A stretch of 38,534 nucleotides of DNA from a virus, in the IMG/VR virus record IMGVR_UViG_3300045988_049226. The stretch is one strand, 5' to 3'. Of this stretch, positions 26,262 to 33,790 are shown in pieces (position 1 is the first letter of the stretch; each line of letters begins with the position of its first letter). The position numbers and the translations under genes were made by a program. The notes beneath the pieces were generated by a model, which did not search any database, had not been told where the DNA came from, and saw only the letters and a list, made by a program, of their open reading frames with translations.

Positions 26262-26490
26262 TTACCTCCGTTTTGAATTCCGAGAATTTAATTTCAGTCA
26301 TCTCAAAATCATTCATGAATTTATCATAGCTGGTAACGTACTTCTGACCACTCTTGATAACTTTATAAATAATCATCGTGCTGTAATCAAAGTCATATCT
26401 TGCGTTAAGAATAACACGTACAAGGGTTTCATCGTTTTTCTTCTTCCATATAGTATGTGGTATTGGTATTTCCATATTAAACCTTACCAT
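26242..26490 (-). CDS. Hypothetical protein.
   Basis: ATG at 26490 lies one base after the upstream stop, with GGAGTGGGTGGA upstream. 82 aa. Confidence 0.5.
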   Translation of the reverse strand: MVRFNMEIPIPHTIWKKKNDETLVRVILNARYDFDYSTMIIYKVIKSGQKYVTSYDKFMNDFEMTEIKFSEFKTEVSGEHSK

Positions 26491-26491
26491 G

Positions 26492-26767
26492 TCATCCACC
26501 CACTCCATTCAGATCTGCCACCTCTTTCAACTCTTCTGCACGCTGTTTCTCTCGCATCTGGTACTCGCTGTTTAATTTATTTAAAATCACATCCTGCGCA
26601 TTATTCTTTTCTGCCAACCGCTGGATAGACAATTCATGCTCTTGTACTGTCCATTCCAGATCGCTCACACGTTTATTAAGACTTTCAATCCGTGAGTTTA
26701 AGTTAATACACACGATCAGAAATACCAGTGATACTGATGCGAGGATCGTATAAAATAGTTTAGTCAT
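26492..26767 (-). CDS. Membrane-anchored coiled-coil protein.
   Basis: ATG at 26767 with RBS GGAGGATAAGC. An N-terminal transmembrane segment (LFYTILASVSLVFLIVCINL) is followed by a heptad-like region. Confidence 0.55.
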   Translation of the reverse strand: MTKLFYTILASVSLVFLIVCINLNSRIESLNKRVSDLEWTVQEHELSIQRLAEKNNAQDVILNKLNSEYQMREKQRAEELKEVADLNGVGG

Positions 26768-27005
26768 GCTTATCCTCCACTTCCAGAATACGATCAATGA
26801 TATCCTTTAATTCTCGTAGGTCCGAAAAAGTAGGACATGATTCATAAAGATCATCAAAATAATTTTCAGTAATAAAGAATGGATCATAGCCGTATTTCTC
26901 TCCGATGTTTGACAATACAGCAAATTCTAAACGATTATTTATCTGAGCGATTGAAAGCACCTTATCTCCATCAATTGGTATATGTACATTATCCAAACTC
27001 ATCAT
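26760..27005 (-). CDS. Hypothetical acidic protein.
   Basis: 81-aa ORF whose ATGA overlaps the upstream micro-ORF. Confidence 0.5.
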   Translation of the reverse strand: MMSLDNVHIPIDGDKVLSIAQINNRLEFAVLSNIGEKYGYDPFFITENYFDDLYESCPTFSDLRELKDIIDRILEVEDKHD

Positions 27006-27103
27006 TTCCCCTTTCTATTTTTAAACGCAATCACACCAGCCCAGATCAAGCCAGAGAGCCAGACCAGTGCGAATAGTAAGTATATAAAGTTTTGTAGGTT
27101 CAT
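27002..27103 (-). CDS. Micro-ORF encoding a 33-aa single-transmembrane peptide.
   Basis: ATG at 27103 with GAGGA upstream. The translation is MNLQNFIYLLFALVWLSGLIWAGVIAFKNRKGK. It has overlapping start/stop codons on both sides. Confidence 0.45.
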   Translation of the reverse strand: MNLQNFIYLLFALVWLSGLIWAGVIAFKNRKGK

Positions 27104-27282
27104 TAGTCGTCCTCGTCATCGCATACTACGAAAGAGACTAACTCCTTTGGGTTAATATATAACCCATTAACACGCATTAGATGCCCGTTATTAAATTGAC
27201 TAGCTAATCTAATTACATCTTCTCCGCTGCACCCGTGCGCTTCAAACTTATGACCATTTTTCAGATGAAATAAAATCTTCAT
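27103..27282 (-). CDS. Hypothetical 59-aa protein.
   Basis: ATG at 27282 with RBS AGGAGAAAC. The translation begins MKILFHLKNGHKFEAHGCSGEDVIRLASQFNNGHLMRVNGLYINPKELVSF. Confidence 0.5.
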   Translation of the reverse strand: MKILFHLKNGHKFEAHGCSGEDVIRLASQFNNGHLMRVNGLYINPKELVSFVVCDDEDD

Positions 27283-27413
27283 TGTTTTGTTTCTCCTGTA
27301 ATTCTATTTCGTTCATTTCTTATTTTAAGGTAATCTTCATCACCAAGACATATTAGCGTTGTTTCTTCTTCCCATTGATTTTTAGTATATGGATATCTGT
27401 TTGGTCGTGTCAT
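27279..27413 (-). CDS. Hypothetical 44-aa protein.
   Basis: ATG at 27413 with RBS GAGGTGGTAAT. The translation begins MTRPNRYPYTKNQWEEETTLICLGDEDYLKIRNE. Its ATGA overlaps the next gene. Confidence 0.45.
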   Translation of the reverse strand: MTRPNRYPYTKNQWEEETTLICLGDEDYLKIRNERNRITGETKQ

Positions 27414-27414
27414 A

Positions 27415-27753
27415 TTACCACCTCATATATAAATATTTCGTATCAATATCCTGTTCTAAAACACACTCTTTCAACGACTTCAAAGCTTCCAATGCTCCGC
27501 TGACTGTCCCCCATTTGTTTTCAGGTTCATACTGAGTATACTTCTCTGGATACCGTTCTAACTCAGATATACCACGGGAGATATTTTCTAAAATTTCAGC
27601 AACATTGTATGTTGTGTTTTGGTTAAAATCCCAATTCATGGCAACTCTGAACATTCTTCCAAGATTGTAGGTTGGAGAACTATATTTAGGTTCCGCAATG
27701 CAAATATAATCTCCATTTTCTATTTTTGCTAATATTTCCAAATCATAACTCAT
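27415..27753 (-). CDS. Hypothetical protein.
   Basis: 112-aa ORF with RBS GGAGGTAACAGA. Confidence 0.55.
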   Translation of the reverse strand: MSYDLEILAKIENGDYICIAEPKYSSPTYNLGRMFRVAMNWDFNQNTTYNVAEILENISRGISELERYPEKYTQYEPENKWGTVSGALEALKSLKECVLEQDIDTKYLYMRW

Positions 27754-28157
27754 TCTGTTACCTCCAACAATTCGGGATTTTCGTAGACGTTGCCGATGAT
27801 TTCAAAGTGATAATAAGAGAGATATAGTGGTTGCCATTCTGTTGTTCTATTTTGCAATTCGTCTACAAATTCGTAGATAAAACTTGCATAAGACCCATGC
27901 CATTTAACAATAGCTTTTCTGCCGTTATAATCAAGAATGTCTTTTTCAAAGATTTCCTTGCCATTCTTATCAAATAGCCCTGTGGATTGCATGAGGATAA
28001 CATCTTCCCCGTTTCTCTTATCTTCAAATTTTAATGGAACTGATGTAGAGCCATCACTGAACTTCCCGATGATCTCCTTTCTGACAAATGAAATCATCAG
28101 TATTTCATTGATCATTTCTTCCGCCAGCACATACCACGCTCTAAATTTTGGAATCAT
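27750..28157 (-). CDS. YopX-family protein.
   Basis: MIPKFRAWY...QSTGLFDKNGKEIFEKDIL...EIIGNVYENPELLE is the typical YopX pattern. Confidence 0.75.
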   Translation of the reverse strand: MIPKFRAWYVLAEEMINEILMISFVRKEIIGKFSDGSTSVPLKFEDKRNGEDVILMQSTGLFDKNGKEIFEKDILDYNGRKAIVKWHGSYASFIYEFVDELQNRTTEWQPLYLSYYHFEIIGNVYENPELLEVTE

Positions 28158-28630
28158 TCTTCCACCTCCTCAAATTTTACAAATGTCATCCAATGAGTCG
28201 TCCCTCTTTGCTGTCCAAATAAGGGCTTAAATGGTATTGACTCTAGTATTTTATTTACATTTACCTGGCAATCGGACCATTTAAAAACTAGTGTACCTCC
28301 AATTTTTAGAACTCTCATACATTCCTCAAAACCCTTGGCTAAATCTTCTGACCATGTGATTTTGTCTAGCTGACCATACTGTGCTTTCATTATCGAATTA
28401 GGTCCAGCCCATTTCAAGTGAGGTGGATCAAAAACAACCAAATTAAAAGTATTATTTTCAAATGGCATATCACGAAAATCGCCGATAATATCAGGGTCTA
28501 CGTTGACCTTTTTCCCATGGATATCAAACTTTTCTTGTCTGATATCCATAAAAGTTGTATGACTCTCATGTTTATCAAACCAAAACATACGACTGCCACA
28601 ACAAGCATCTAGTATCCTTATATCTGTCAT
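28154..28630 (-). CDS. Small SAM-dependent DNA methyltransferase (amino-MTase type with a DPPH motif).
   Basis: Motif I-like ILDACCGSR and motif IV-like VVFDPPH. 158 aa. Confidence 0.6.
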   Translation of the reverse strand: MTDIRILDACCGSRMFWFDKHESHTTFMDIRQEKFDIHGKKVNVDPDIIGDFRDMPFENNTFNLVVFDPPHLKWAGPNSIMKAQYGQLDKITWSEDLAKGFEECMRVLKIGGTLVFKWSDCQVNVNKILESIPFKPLFGQQRGTTHWMTFVKFEEVEE

Positions 28631-29355
28631 TTCCCAACCTCCTCAATATCAATCCCCGGACAATCAAACACCCAGTCAAAACCCGCTTCTTCAAGTTGTT
28701 TGAAGGTGAATTGAGTAGCTAATTCTCCCAAAGAAAAGAATAGTTTCTTTTCCAGACTGTTATAAAATAGCGGTTGATTTGTTGTTCTCATTTTTACTGT
28801 ATACCGCTTCTCTTCCTCGACCTCGTAGCCGTCAATCCAAGCTCGTGCAAAGAGTTCTATATTATTGTTAAACCATTTTCTGAGATCTTTATTATCTTCA
28901 TAAGCCACGTCGTCCATCGCTTCTTGTAGATCCCATTCAGCATCTTTAGTATATTTGATATAGTCTGCAACGATCTGCGGTACTGTTGGCTTATTTAACT
29001 CTTGCCGAATTTTTTCAGCATCTTTTAATTGCCGACCAACCCATTCACCCTCTAGTTTTCCTTGCTCGTAACCTGCTTTATATTTCAAAGTCCCATAGTC
29101 GCTACCCAATTCATTCAAAATTTCGTTGAGCCAAACTTTCTGAGTGCCAAGATCTAGCTTCTTAATTCGTGCGATAACGTCTTTTAATTTTAGTTTATCT
29201 TTTTCAATGAAATCACTTGCATTTTTTACAAAGCATCTAAGAACTTCTACTTTCTCACCATTCTCTAAAACCAAATATAAATTGTCATCGCCAAGGGTGC
29301 TTCGGCTAAACCCGTCATAAGTTCCATATAAAATAAATTTATACCATGGTTCCAT
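28627..29355 (-). CDS. DUF1642-like phage protein.
   Basis: 242 aa. The C-terminal half PTVPQIVADYIKYTK...ELFARAWIDGYEVEEEKRYTVK resembles DUF1642 proteins of Lactobacillales phages. Confidence 0.55.
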   Translation of the reverse strand: MEPWYKFILYGTYDGFSRSTLGDDNLYLVLENGEKVEVLRCFVKNASDFIEKDKLKLKDVIARIKKLDLGTQKVWLNEILNELGSDYGTLKYKAGYEQGKLEGEWVGRQLKDAEKIRQELNKPTVPQIVADYIKYTKDAEWDLQEAMDDVAYEDNKDLRKWFNNNIELFARAWIDGYEVEEEKRYTVKMRTTNQPLFYNSLEKKLFFSLGELATQFTFKQLEEAGFDWVFDCPGIDIEEVGK

Positions 29356-30007
29356 CTTCCAAATCCTCCTCTTTTACAAAGCTACCCTCGACCCAGCGAC
29401 CTTTCCGGTCCTTGATCTCGTTGTACGCTAGCTCAAAGCAATCTGCGAAGTCGTAGTTGAGTGCCTTACTAATAGATTTTAAGTAAGCCACCGCACGCAC
29501 TAGATTGTGGCGACACATTTCTTTACTTGCTAAATCTTGAGATAGCTGGAACTCACTGATATTGGCATTCAGCAATTTAAAACTTTCCATTGTTTCTTTT
29601 GGTCTAACACCATCTTCGATCTTAAAGATACTGTGTACGTCTACGTCAATCAAAAGAGCAAGACCTACGATCACTACCGCACAATCACCGATGCTATCCT
29701 TGGTTAGCTTTTCATTTTGTTTGAGGTATCCAGCGCATAGCTCACCGAATTCCTCGCTCAATTTCAAAGCCTGCTTGTCTAACCGTCCACCGTGTTCGAG
29801 GTCACGGTCGATAAACCATTTCTTGGTTAACGTTACTAATTCCTTTTCTAATGCCATAATGTTTTTGTTGATCCTTTCTTTAATTGCCCGTGATCGTCCA
29901 ATCACTGCCGTCTTACCGATGTTTTTTTGTATAAGCAGGTCACTGCTTGTGTCTTGTAGTCGCTGTCGATCCAGTCTGATTGATTGCTTGATTAATTCAA
30001 TATCCAT
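29339..30007 (-). CDS. MazG-like nucleotide pyrophosphohydrolase with an N-terminal extension of about 70 aa.
   Basis: LKLSEEFGELCAGYLKQN...DSIGDCAVVIVGLALL...AYNEIKDRKGRWVEGSFVKEEDL shows the all-alpha NTP-PPase pattern. Confidence 0.7.
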   Translation of the reverse strand: MDIELIKQSIRLDRQRLQDTSSDLLIQKNIGKTAVIGRSRAIKERINKNIMALEKELVTLTKKWFIDRDLEHGGRLDKQALKLSEEFGELCAGYLKQNEKLTKDSIGDCAVVIVGLALLIDVDVHSIFKIEDGVRPKETMESFKLLNANISEFQLSQDLASKEMCRHNLVRAVAYLKSISKALNYDFADCFELAYNEIKDRKGRWVEGSFVKEEDLEDGTMV

Positions 30008-30029
30008 ATTATTCTCTATCCATTTTACT

Positions 30030-30055
30030 AAAATAGGGGAGTTGCTCTGCTCCCC
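30030..30055 (-). terminator. Rho-independent terminator closing the non-coding region.
   Basis: Minus-strand reading is GGGGAG-CAGAGCAA-CUCCCC followed by UAUUUU. An A-run lies upstream. Confidence 0.75.
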
Positions 30056-30597
30056 TTTTTCAGAAAAACTAGATTAGAGGGCCTTTCTAAAATTATAGTG
30101 AGCAATGGCCAGTAGATGGAGTTGCACCACCCTGTTTACTACAACTGGCCAGCTATCGGGACGGGTCGATAGCGTGAAATAAAAAATGTATCATAAGGAG
30201 TCCTATTCCCGTCCTAAATCCTATAGAGGGAATCGAACCCTCTGAGGTTTTCCAAGCCTCATACCAATCTAGGACGCAATGGATCAACGGCATTGCTATG
30301 AATTATCATTATTTTGTTGATCGTTTGGAACGTATATCAGATTCCGTGTATGTAAATTCTTAAAGAAAGGACTCTCCTTTATTTATTTATAGGTTGATAT
30401 ACATTGTTTTGAATCGTGTGTTAAGGCATAAAACCGATAGTTTTATCACGATTCGGTTGAAGCGCCCCACTCGCTTCGGTATCAGTGTATAATATTTTAG
30501 TTTGTGAGGTTATGACTGACAGACCTGTTACAATCTGCCAGCCTTAATTCAAATTCCCAGCGCCCACGCACGTTCCAGATGCAGTTGAGACGATAGC
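30056..30597 (-). ncRNA. Candidate large structured non-coding RNA (possibly ROOL/GOLLD class). The 5' end is undefined.
   Basis: No ORF longer than 16 codons was found on the minus strand, and no ORF of 60 aa or more is listed here on either strand. It is the largest non-coding gap in a tightly packed genome. A terminator lies at its 3' end, it contains a canonical T-arm, and it has many complementary segments, including a pseudoknot-compatible pair. Confidence 0.5.
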
Positions 30598-31377
30598 TTA
30601 AATGCAAAAATTTCTATACACCTCCTTGAAGATCGTCTTAACTAATTTCTGTGGTATATTGGAACGTTCATTGTAAGATTTCGAGAAATGTTTCCATTCT
30701 ACATCTTGCTTGATGATGTCATTTTTTAATTTCAAATCAATGTTGCTAGCGAATTTTGTAGGTTTCTGTAGCGGATAATCGTAGTTGTTATACCTTGTTA
30801 TGTTTAGATATGGCAACTTAAAATCCATCACATCCTCAATATATTTCCACAAACGCCCACTAGCTGGATTTTCTATGATGAAATATTTAGGGTTATACCG
30901 TTTGATGATTTCAATAGTATTAAAAGCACAAAGCTCTCCGTTTACCCTCTTCATAAATTGACGGTCATACTTGTAGTTGTTGTAGGCCTTCTCATAGTCA
31001 GAAGCATTTCTGATAGTAAACATGCTAGCTTCTCTTTGAGGTTTAAAAAGGCTATCCGAGAGATCTTCTTGCTTCCAACAGGCATTACCCTCACACATAG
31101 CACTTGCATTACTCCAACTTTCGCAAGGTGGGCTTGCTATAATCAGATCTGGCTTTGGTAACTTATCCAGAGTATCAAACAAGGTATTATCACCAAACAA
31201 ACGACTATAATCAGCAAGGTTTAAATTTATAAAGTGATCATTCTTATGTTCAATATCTATTCCTATTGGATATATTTCGATATTAAATTCACCATCTTCA
31301 TTCAGCGCTTTGACACCTTTCGTATAACTTCCGTTACCACTATCAAACAATGCCCATACAGTCATTCTTCGCATCAT
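30598..31377 (-). CDS. Mini C5-cytosine-methyltransferase-like protein with divergent motifs.
   Basis: Motif I-like ALFDSGNGS, motif IV-like ASPPCESWS (PCE instead of PCQ), motif VI-like IIENPASG, and C-terminal SNIPQKLVKTIF. Only 259 aa. The start may be one codon downstream of 31377. Confidence 0.6.
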   Translation of the reverse strand: MMRRMTVWALFDSGNGSYTKGVKALNEDGEFNIEIYPIGIDIEHKNDHFINLNLADYSRLFGDNTLFDTLDKLPKPDLIIASPPCESWSNASAMCEGNACWKQEDLSDSLFKPQREASMFTIRNASDYEKAYNNYKYDRQFMKRVNGELCAFNTIEIIKRYNPKYFIIENPASGRLWKYIEDVMDFKLPYLNITRYNNYDYPLQKPTKFASNIDLKLKNDIIKQDVEWKHFSKSYNERSNIPQKLVKTIFKEVYRNFCI

Positions 31378-31394
31378 TCACCCCCTTCACCTAT

Positions 31395-31667
31395 TTAAAC
31401 GTCATCGTCATTCGTAGCAACTCCCGATTTGTTTGAATCGTTGCTTTGGCTTCCTGCTTCTGCATTTGTATCTTCAGCAGTTGGTTGTTTAATGTCTTCC
31501 GTTGCTTCATTTTTTTCTGTTCCAATTCTTCCAGCTCCTGCAGTTGTAACTGTGCTTGCGCTATTTCCTGCTGTAACTGTTCCTTGTACTTCATCTGCAT
31601 ATACTCCTTGTGCTGTTGCGACTGCTGCGATTGTTGCGACTGTTGCTAAAATGATTTTTTTATTCAT
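31395..31667 (-). CDS. Secreted low-complexity acidic protein with a Sec signal peptide.
   Basis: RBS AAAGGAGACAAACC. The signal-like N-terminus MNKKIILATVATIAAVATAQGVYA is followed by DEVQ and a T/A/G/E/D/N-rich mature part. Confidence 0.6.
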   Translation of the reverse strand: MNKKIILATVATIAAVATAQGVYADEVQGTVTAGNSASTVTTAGAGRIGTEKNEATEDIKQPTAEDTNAEAGSQSNDSNKSGVATNDDDV

Positions 31668-31983
31668 GGTTTGTCTCCTTTACGATTGCCAGCGCATCTT
31701 CTACGCTACGTGCAATACCTGCAAGTGCGCCACGCGCTTTAACTGTTTTGATAAATTGTTTCTGTTCTGGTCTCGCTCGACCGTTTGCGTTTTTTACTTC
31801 GATGTAAAATATTTTCCCATCGGGTCTAAAACCGTATAAATCTGGATGGCCTTTCGGTAATCCCGTATCAAACCATCTGCCATCTGCGGTTTTTACTTTT
31901 CCGACATTTGCCCGAAATACCGTATAGCCATTTTCGGTTAAGGCCACCCGTATTTCATTTTGTATAGTATGTTCAGTTTTCAC
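31660..31983 (-). CDS. VRR-NUC domain nuclease.
   Basis: GHPDLYGFRPDGKIFYIEVKNANGRARPEQKQF shows the PD-(D/E)XK pattern. GTG at 31983 after GGAGGATATT is preferred over TTG at 31995. Confidence 0.75.
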   Translation of the reverse strand: MKTEHTIQNEIRVALTENGYTVFRANVGKVKTADGRWFDTGLPKGHPDLYGFRPDGKIFYIEVKNANGRARPEQKQFIKTVKARGALAGIARSVEDALAIVKETNHE

Positions 31984-31995
31984 AATATCCTCCAA

Positions 31996-32255
31996 AATTT
32001 ACCGTTTCTGTTTTTTAAAAGGTAAACTCTGTTTGCCTTACAGCCCCAAAGGTTTGACACTACTTTTTTTATAAAATTTACCGTTAACCTTACCGTTTCT
32101 CTTTATATATATTTTTATTATTTATTTATTTATTATTTTAATAGTAATAGAAAGGTTAAAAGGTAAATAAGGTAATGTAAACCCTTGGTATATAAGGCTT
32201 TAAGGTGTTTACCGTTTGCGATTTTAAACGGTAAACAAACGGTTAACGGTTAATT
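31996..32255. repeat. Putative replication origin with TTACCGTT iterons in both orientations flanking an AT-rich block.
   Basis: tttaccgtttc is at 31998-32008, tttaccgttaa at 32077-32087, cttaccgtttc at 32089-32099 and tttaccgtttg at 32208-32218. Inverted copies aaacggtaaac (32226-32236) and aaacggttaacggttaa (32237-32253) follow. Bases 32101-32160 are almost entirely A/T. Confidence 0.6.
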
Positions 32256-33790
32256 TTTTCGTAACCCGTTGTAATGATTTTATTTTCATCATCACCCCAT
32301 GAGAAGCCTATATAGTAAGGCGGTACATCTACGGACGGGATGAATTTTCCTAAAGGCTGGAACTTTTTCTTAACCCATTCGGGAGGGATGTTTTTCGCCA
32401 ACTGATTTTCGAATTTCCGTTTAGTCAGCTTCGTCACTCCCTCATCCTTGCACCATTCCTGATACAGCCACCACAAATACCTTGACGGGAGGCGGGTGGA
32501 TTCGAATTTATTGAACCATTCTATGACGAACGCTTTGACCGTGTCATTAGATTCTTTAAAATCTTCGAGGGCTTCAAGTGATGCTTTCGGTTCGATAAAC
32601 CGATCGAATGAAATTTCAAGTGCTTTCTTCAAAACGTATTCCAGCACTTCCTCACGATAGATGTAATCATCTTTGATCGCCCAATTATCATCTTCACTTG
32701 AGAATGATTTTTTAAATGGGATAATCGCAAACCGTCTATATGTCCCGTTAGTTTTATTTTTAAACCGTGGGAGTTCGTTGGTAGACTGGATCACGGTTTT
32801 TTTAAATACCGTAGTGTATGGCTGTTTATTTTTTTCTTCAACCAGTACGGGTTCACCCGTTACTACGCTATTAAAGTTTGAAGATTCGTCTACGTAGATA
32901 CCAGCCTGTACATCATCACCAATCACGACCGTTTTTCCCTCAATCATTGAGAGCGAGAAACGTTCTGCGAATTGATTGATTTTTAGACTGGCCACGTTTT
33001 TCATCCCGACCACATTAGTGATTAACTGCTGGACTGTACCCTTACCATCGTTCCCCTCACCAACAAACCAGATCGACTTGCGGTATGAATAGTTACCGTT
33101 AAGACTTGCTGAAATAACTTGCCAGATGAGATGTACCAGCTCTTCATCACCACTCATTAAATCCAGTAACCAATCATCTACGTTCCAACCGTCAATCGTT
33201 GGAGATTTCGCAAAGTGATTGTATTCAGTTGCAATCGTTGAGAATGCTACGAATTCGTGTGTAAATCCTGTAAGAATTTTTCTTTTCTTATCATAGATAC
33301 CGTTTTTTACTAAGATAAAACGCTTAGGGTCTTTGTATTCCCCTGTTGAGAAGTTACATGAGAAATGCTCATGTTGGTTAACCCGTGGGGTCGCTGCAAG
33401 CATAAAGAGTACGTTCTTTGCGCGTGCCTCGCTAAAATTCGGCTCTAATAGTCGAATGATTTTATAAGCATAGCTGGGGTCTTTGTGGTAATATCCATGA
33501 TCTGGATCATAGACCGCTACACGATCATTCGAGAGATTGACGATGTAAAGAATTTCTTCCATTCCTTGCGCCACTGCCAATTCAGTAAGGCGCGTGGGGG
33601 GATTCTTCTTTGGGGTTACCGTGTTCGTCACGGGATCATAATCATTCTTATGTTCTTCCAACCAGCGTTCACGATAGTCACGACACGCTAGCCGAATTTC
33701 TCGCCAATCGTTTGGTTTTTCAATGATTTCTATGAGGTGTCGTTGCTTTTGCATTTCTCGATACTGCTGTTTTAATAATTCAAGATCCAT
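32243..33790 (-). CDS. P4/D5-type primase C-terminal domain with an SF3 helicase (VirE-like).
   Basis: Walker A in IWFVGEGNDGKGTVQQL. ATG at 33790 with AAAGGA upstream overlaps the prim-pol stop. Confidence 0.75.
   Translation of the reverse strand: MDLELLKQQYREMQKQRHLIEIIEKPNDWREIRLACRDYRERWLEEHKNDYDPVTNTVTPKKNPPTRLTELAVAQGMEEILYIVNLSNDRVAVYDPDHGYYHKDPSYAYKIIRLLEPNFSEARAKNVLFMLAATPRVNQHEHFSCNFSTGEYKDPKRFILVKNGIYDKKRKILTGFTHEFVAFSTIATEYNHFAKSPTIDGWNVDDWLLDLMSGDEELVHLIWQVISASLNGNYSYRKSIWFVGEGNDGKGTVQQLITNVVGMKNVASLKINQFAERFSLSMIEGKTVVIGDDVQAGIYVDESSNFNSVVTGEPVLVEEKNKQPYTTVFKKTVIQSTNELPRFKNKTNGTYRRFAIIPFKKSFSSEDDNWAIKDDYIYREEVLEYVLKKALEISFDRFIEPKASLEALEDFKESNDTVKAFVIEWFNKFESTRLPSRYLWWLYQEWCKDEGVTKLTKRKFENQLAKNIPPEWVKKKFQPLGKFIPSVDVPPYYIGFSWGDDENKIITTGYEKINR

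Noticed and set aside
30219-30274. Calling this element a bona fide tRNA gene (tRNA-Ser with anticodon GGA).
   Set aside because: It has no D-arm, a one-nucleotide variable region, a mismatch in the acceptor stem and another in the anticodon stem, and no class II long variable arm as expected for tRNA-Ser. It is reported only as a tRNA-like module.
31391-31839. Alternative-frame ORFs over the low-complexity region: 31391-31600 on the minus strand, and 31429-31839 and 31446-31649 on the plus strand.
   Set aside because: They are by-products of the repetitive GCN/ACN-rich DNA. Only the 31395-31667 frame has a strong RBS and a coherent signal peptide.
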